A stretch of 12,555 nucleotides of DNA, taken from the IMG/VR virus record IMGVR_UViG_3300012956_000013; one strand, written 5' to 3'. This document shows positions 1-5,200 of this stretch, one piece after another (positions within the stretch are counted from its first letter, which is position 1; every line of letters starts with the position of its first letter). A program made the position numbers and the translations under genes. The notes below the pieces were generated by a model that searched no databases, was not told where the DNA came from, and worked only from the letters and a program-made list of their open reading frames with translations. This DNA is from a virus. Lineage: Duplodnaviria; Heunggongvirae; Uroviricota; Caudoviricetes; Crassvirales.

Positions 1-1876
1 CTGGTTCAGCTATAGAAGCATCTGTACCACTTGTTCCACTCGTTCCATTTCCTGATGTACCAGAAGTTCCACTAACTCCCGATGTCCCATTTACCCCAGA
101 AGTCCCTGATATTCCACTTGTCCCACTTGCTCCACTCGTACCTGAAGTACCTGTCGCACCTGAAGTACCACTGGTTCCATTTGCACCAGATGTTCCGCTA
201 GTTCCATTTACTCCACTCGTCCCATCAATACCTGACGTTCCACTAACACCGCTAGTTCCTGAGTTTCCACTAGTTCCACTGCTACCGCTGACACCAGCTG
301 TACCAGACACCCCACTTGTACCATTTACGCCTGAGGTTCCGTTTATACCTGAAGTTCCATTTACCCCATCTATACCGCTAGTCCCAGAGGTACCTGTTGT
401 TCCAGATGTACCATTTATGCCGCTTGTACCATTTATTCCCGAAGTACCCGACACTCCACTAGTTCCAGATGTACCGCTATTTCCACTCGTACCTGATGTA
501 CCATTTGAACCTGATGTTCCAGACGTACCGTTACTTCCATTTACACCAGATGTTCCATTAGAACCGTCTACTCCTGATGTTCCTGATAAACCTGAAGTGC
601 CAGATGTACCATTAGAGCCATTGATACCTGATGTCCCTGATACACCACTTGTTCCACTGTTACCAGAAGTTCCTGATGTTCCACTAGCCCCTGACGTTCC
701 ACTAGTTCCATTTGCTCCATTAATACCACTTGTTCCAGAAATACCTGATGTGCCAGAACTACCAGATATACCAGAAGTTCCTGAAATACCAGAGGTTCCA
801 CTTACTCCTGATGTTCCGCTATTTCCAGCCGTTCCACTAGTTCCTGATACTCCACTAGTACCGTTTAAACCACTAGTTCCAGAGGTTCCGTTAGCTCCGG
901 GGGCACCACCTATATTTATCTGCCAAGAACAATAATTTCCTGAACCTACGTGACTTGTAGAATCAACTATTAATACTCCTGTTCCCGGATTATAGGATAC
1001 AACGGTTCCTGTAAAGTAGTTACTTATATTATAGGCTACTACAATATCCTGACCTGTAGTATATGCTAATCCAGTATCTACAGTAAATGTTATCTGTGTT
1101 GGGTGTGTTGTCGGTATATCTTCACAATCTGAGGAAGAGGTTTCATAAAAGTCTCCGTCTAAACCAGATGTACCAGATGCACCACTCGTACCACTAGTAC
1201 CATTACTTGAAGTGCCTGATGTGCCACTTACTCCTGAAGTACCAGTTAATCCACTAGTACCAGACGTACCAGTATTTCCTGATGTTCCGTCCACTCCTGA
1301 GGTACCGTTTGCTCCATTAATACCTGAGGTTCCTGTTAATCCACTTGAACCTGATGTACCATTCTGGCCACTTGTTCCGGAACTTCCAGAGGTTCCTGAT
1401 ATTCCTGATGTTCCTGACGCTCCACTACTTCCTGTAGTACCACTAGTGCCAGAAGTACCACTTGTTCCAGACTCTCCTGAAGTTCCTATAGAACCATTTA
1501 TTCCACTTGTTCCACTAGTTCCTGATGTTCCACTATCTATACTACCACTAGTTCCACTAGTACCAGACTGCCCTGATGTACCTGATGTTCCAAATCCAGA
1601 TGTACCAGATGAACCAGAAGCACCAGATGAGCCAGTTGCTCCTGACGTACCCGAAGTACCTGATAAACCATTCCTTCCAGATGTGCCAGATGTTCCAGAT
1701 TCTCCTTCTGCTTGTGAACCTACCTTTTCACATATCTTATTTAATATGGAAGATAAAGATTCACCCTTTATAGCAGGTACACACAAATCTGAGCAATCAT
1801 CATTAATAACTCCGGATAGAGGTACTTTTGACTTGCTAACAAGAATATACTTTTTTTGGTCGTTTGTTTCAGGCAT
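1..1876 (-). CDS. Gly-X-Y (GTS-repeat) collagen-like or PPII fibre protein, 3'-truncated (at least 625 aa), likely virion fibre/adhesin
   Basis: Manual translation from ATG at 1876 (upstream in-frame TAG at 1909..1907) gives MPETNDQKKYILVSKSKVPLSGVINDDCSDLCVPAIKGESLSSILNKICEKVGSQAE, then a GTS repeat, an 82-aa globular domain, a second GTS repeat and DASIAEP. There is no stop before base 1, which is presumably why the ORF track omits it. Confidence 0.93.
   Translation of the reverse strand, partial: MPETNDQKKYILVSKSKVPLSGVINDDCSDLCVPAIKGESLSSILNKICEKVGSQAEGESGTSGTSGRNGLSGTSGTSGATGSSGASGSSGTSGFGTSGTSGQSGTSGTSGSIDSGTSGTSGTSGINGSIGTSGESGTSGTSGTSGTTGSSGASGTSGISGTSGSSGTSGQNGTSGSSGLTGTSGINGANGTSGVDGTSGNTGTSGTSGLTGTSGVSGTSGTSSNGTSGTSGASGTSGLDGDFYETSSSDCEDIPTTHPTQITFTVDTGLAYTTGQDIVVAYNISNYFTGTVVSYNPGTGVLIVDSTSHVGSGNYCSWQINIGGAPGANGTSGTSGLNGTSGVSGTSGTAGNSGTSGVSGTSGISGTSGISGSSGTSGISGTSGINGANGTSGTSGASGTSGTSGNSGTSGVSGTSGINGSNGTSGTSGLSGTSGVDGSNGTSGVNGSNGTSGTSGSNGTSGTSGNSGTSGTSGVSGTSGINGTSGINGTSGTTGTSGTSGIDGVNGTSGINGTSGVNGTSGVSGTAGVSGSSGTSGNSGTSGVSGTSGIDGTSGVNGTSGTSGANGTSGTSGATGTSGTSGASGTSGISGTSGVNGTSGVSGTSGTSGNGTSGTSGTDASIAEP
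20..907 (-). repeat. Coding tripeptide repeat block 2, (G-X-Y)n, mostly GTS/GVS/GIN
   Basis: Gly codons fall every 9 nt from 907 to 52 (95 uninterrupted triplets), followed by G-N-GTS-GTS-GTD. Confidence 0.95.
908..1153 (-). other. 82-aa beta-rich globular domain between the two repeat blocks
   Basis: Translation DFYETSSSDCEDIPTTHPTQITFTVDTGLAYTTGQDIVVAYNISNYFTGTVVSYNPGTGVLIVDSTSHVGSGNYCSWQINIG shows alternating hydrophobic residues and Gly turns typical of beta strands. Confidence 0.8.
1154..1705 (-). repeat. Coding tripeptide repeat block 1, (G-X-Y)n with three register breaks
   Basis: 184 codons from GES to GLD-G. Breaks occur at G-F-G (about 1597..1589), G-S-I-D-S-G (1546..1529) and G-T-S-S-N-G (1216..1199). 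Confidence 0.95.
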
Positions 1877-1928
1877 TTTTCGGAGATAGGAGATAGTAAT
1901 CCCCTTCTATTTAATATTATAGATATTG

Positions 1929-1959
1929 TTAATATAATTAGAAATTATGAAAATACAAA
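1929..1959 (-). promoter_or_regulatory. Candidate Bacteroidota-type promoter for the fibre gene
   Basis: The minus strand reads TTTG (1959..1956), 19 nt, TATATTAA (1936..1929). This matches the TTG-N19-TAnnTTTG sigma consensus spacing, but ends in AA rather than TG. It lies in the only intergenic gap, which is very AT-rich, so a chance match is possible. Confidence 0.35.
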
Positions 1960-1997
1960 ATAATATAAACTAATTCCCTGAAATAAGTATAGTATAC

Positions 1998-2237
1998 CTA
2001 ATCGGAAAGTAGCTCAGAATCAATATCTTCAATCAATTTCTCTATCTCAGGAAGGTCTTCGACCTCAAGTTTTCCCGGATGTAATCTCTGGGAAAATGGG
2101 TCATCTACGAAAGAACCTAAATCATCTGCTATGCAAGATTGATAGAATTCATCTACATCTTTCTCATCTAGCTGAAAGAAATAATCGTAGGTTGATACAT
2201 AAATAACCTTTCCGGTTGGTAATGAAATATTTGGCAT
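1998..2237 (-). CDS. Small acidic hypothetical phage protein (79 aa)
   Basis: ATG overlaps the upstream TAA (TAATG) and the ORF ends at TAG. The N-terminal LPTGKVIYVS followed by a later PFS motif resembles small conserved proteins I recall from crAss-like phages. Composition is 20 D/E versus 5 K/R. Confidence 0.85.
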   Translation of the reverse strand: MPNISLPTGKVIYVSTYDYFFQLDEKDVDEFYQSCIADDLGSFVDDPFSQRLHPGKLEVEDLPEIEKLIEDIDSELLSD

Positions 2238-5200
2238 TATAATCCTCTTTTATCTGTTACTTTAACGCCCCAATCGTTCCCTAATTCAGAATCAAAAGTT
2301 GGCATATAATTAATAATTTCTTTTAAGACAGGTAATATTTTAAAAAAGTACTTCATAGGTTTTGCCCTCTCTCTTATTTCTTCTCCTCTCTCTTCAAATC
2401 CTAATCCTTCCATCCCTAATCCAAATGTTTCCCTTCCAAGATTTAATGTAAGATTTTTAAAGTCATTGACATACATCATCAGTGGAAATGGATTCTTTGC
2501 AATATCAACAATAGAGGTTGGGTTAAAGAAGAAACCTATCTCGTCTGACATCTTATCTATCTGTCTTCTTATTAGGGCTTTTGCTGATTTTTCCTCTGCA
2601 TCATCATCGTCATCACCTTTCATTAGTCCCGCTAATATAAATAATGTAAGGGCTCCAAACCATCTAACTTCTTCCAATGAATTTTCATATCCTATCATAA
2701 ATGCCTCTACAAATTCATTCTCTGATAAAAATTCTTCTTTTCTACCAAGTTTTTCAGCTACTTCTTTTTTTCTTTGGTATACTTCTATTGCTCTCTTAAT
2801 TAAATCTTCTCTTCCAAAATTTTTCAAAAGTTTTCCTGTAAGAAAGGGAATAGGGACTAATTTAGCCATAGAAGATAGTGTGTTAGCTGTAAAGCCTCTA
2901 TAAAGCATTCTAAATCTTCCATATACATAAGAGTTATGAGATTGAGAGTAGTGCATTTCTGCCCATCTTACATCTCCCATTCTAGGTATCCAGTTTTTAA
3001 ATGTACCAGCCAGTCTTCCCATAATCTGCATTCTATATGTTTGAATATCAAACTCATCAGCAGAACCAGTAGCATCTTTAGATATAGTTTGTACTTGTGC
3101 ACGAAAATTAATAACCTGCTGAGATTGGCGTTCTATTCCCGGAAGAGAGATAATAGTTTCCTCTTTGCCATTTATTTTCTCTTTTTTAAATTCTGCTATC
3201 TTCGTTATGGCATACTTTTCTTTCAGTTCTTTAAGTCTATTATCAAACTTTATATCTAGTTCTTTTCTTTCTTCTGAAGATTTCTGCCAATAATCCTCAG
3301 GTATAACTTCTGTTTTTGCTAAATCTCTTAAGTTAGTTATGTTTCCATCTATAATACCTGTATTCTCTATAAATGCAAAGAATATATTTAACTGAACTAC
3401 TTCGTCACCCTTTCTTTGTAAAGCCATTAGCCAATCCTGTGAGAGAATTCTGGAAGCTTGTCCTACAGATAATTGCTGAGACTTAAAGTTCTCTCTATTG
3501 TTAAGTAACGGAAGAAAATAGTCAACTAATGCTGCCTGTTTCTTCATTTCGTCTGATTGATAAAAAGCAACCGATGTCATTTTTGTCCAAGCAGTCATTA
3601 AATCTTCCTTCGAGAATTTAGAAGAATGAAGTTTATCTGCAGAGAAAGATGAACCAAATAAGTTACTCATTGCAGAAGATATATTAAGACCTAATGTCTT
3701 AAGTGTATTCATATTATTCAACCACAATGCAAACTTACTTATAGATATCCCACCTTTGTCATCATCAGTTATCTCAAATTTATACTTGTCATTAATTGGT
3801 AGTTTGTTCCATGCCTTTTTAAGTGAAAATTTTATAGTATAATCACTATCCATTTGGAGACTTTCTCCCAGTACATGATATCTAAAATATTTATCAAATA
3901 AATCTGCATTTAATCCTCTTACATCAGATTCAACTGGTCTATCTCCTAAGAATTTTACATTTCCGTACTTATCTGTCTCGTAATTTTTCTTTACATTTTT
4001 TTCAAAATACCTCAGTCCTTTGAATATATCATCTGTTTTTTGTAGGTATTTCTCCTTAGCAATTTCTTTTGACATTAATCCATATATAGTGAATATATCA
4101 AATGACATATTTCTCTTGCTAATCACTTTTTGTGCAAATAACTTATCCTGCTCTTTACTTTCCTCTCTAAAGTTTTTTACAAGTTCCCATTTTTTATCTT
4201 CTGGGGTTATATTGAAATTTGGAACAATTTCAGAGGCTACTTCTCTTCTTATATGATATAACTCATCTACATTATCTGTATATGCTATAAATCTTTTTTC
4301 CTCTTTTTTTCCAGTTTCAGGGTCTATTTTTCCTTGGAAATTTAGCTGGTAATCATTTACAGATATTTTTCTTTTCCAGTTTCTATAAGTTTGAAGAGCA
4401 AGATTTGACACCTTATTTAAGGTATTCGTATCTTTAACTGAAAAAATATCTGATGCACCTTTGAGTACATTAGGTACAAACGTATACATTTGGTATTCTT
4501 GGATAGCTCCTACATCTACTAGTTCTTTGTTCTTTTTTACAAAGAAGTTGTATATCTCCGTTAGAATAGGAGATTCTTTAATTGTTTTAAATTCTTCTGA
4601 TTCCCATAGTTCCTCCTTAAGATTTCTAGACCAAACGTACTTATTAAATGGGTGAAATGCAGTTTTTGGATGCTTTAAGATATTATATTCTTTCTCAAAC
4701 TTTGCTCTTTTTAATTTTTTAATTCTATTGTTTTCTGCAGCATCGTCAGATACTTGACTATTATCCCATACTTTAACATTTTCTTTCAGTTCTTTATCGT
4801 ACCACTCTTTCCATTTATCAATATCATAATTTACCTTTACAAATTCCAGAATCTTCTTTGAATCACCACTATCTTGAACTTCTTTTCTTTTCTCATAGAA
4901 TTCCTTATTTATTTTGGAATGAAGTTTTCCGGTTTCTCTATTTACAAGAAAGTCTATTGCTTTTTGATAAGATACTCCCTTTTCTTTTGCAAAAGACTCA
5001 AATTTGTATTTAAGACTTTGTAGATTCTTTAGTTCGTTATCTGTTTCAATGTCAATCTTACCATAAGCATTCTTTACCAACTCATACATTAACCGTATAG
5101 ACGCAATATCGTGGTCACCCATTGCTCTAAGATGAACAGATAACCCCCTAACTACTTTTTCGGGAGATGGTAAATTATATACTCCATTATTTCTTGCAGA

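Noticed and set aside
568-801. Minus-strand 77-aa ORF
   Set aside because: Alternative frame inside the fibre gene; its periodic V/L/Q content derives from the repeat.
417-935. Plus-strand 172-aa Pro/Val-rich ORF
   Set aside because: Antisense shadow of the Gly-Thr-Ser repeat: the complement of each Gly GG forms the CC of a Pro codon. It stops as soon as the repeat ends.
1-1705. Possible CRISPR array or DNA minisatellite
   Set aside because: The 9-nt period is codon-driven and degenerate; there is no constant repeat with unique spacers.
1212-1889. Plus-strand 225-aa ORF (GTG start) and nested 1576..1773 ORF
   Set aside because: Same antisense artefact over repeat block 1.
1938-2000. Stop-codon reassignment (TAG readthrough) as in some Crassvirales
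   Set aside because: All long genes are open in the standard code. Readthrough of the TAG at 2000..1998 meets TAA within 20 codons and fuses nothing. Reassignment cannot be excluded genome-wide.
1986-2000. Small inverted repeat GTATA-C-TATAC after the 79-aa gene as a terminator
   Set aside because: The loop is one base, the stem is AT-rich, and it is too weak to call.
2466-4655. Plus-strand ORFs 2466..2903, 2936..3259, 4020..4256 and 4461..4655
   Set aside because: Short antisense frames within the 1981-aa gene, with Ser/Phe/Leu/Ile bias typical of shadows and no motifs.
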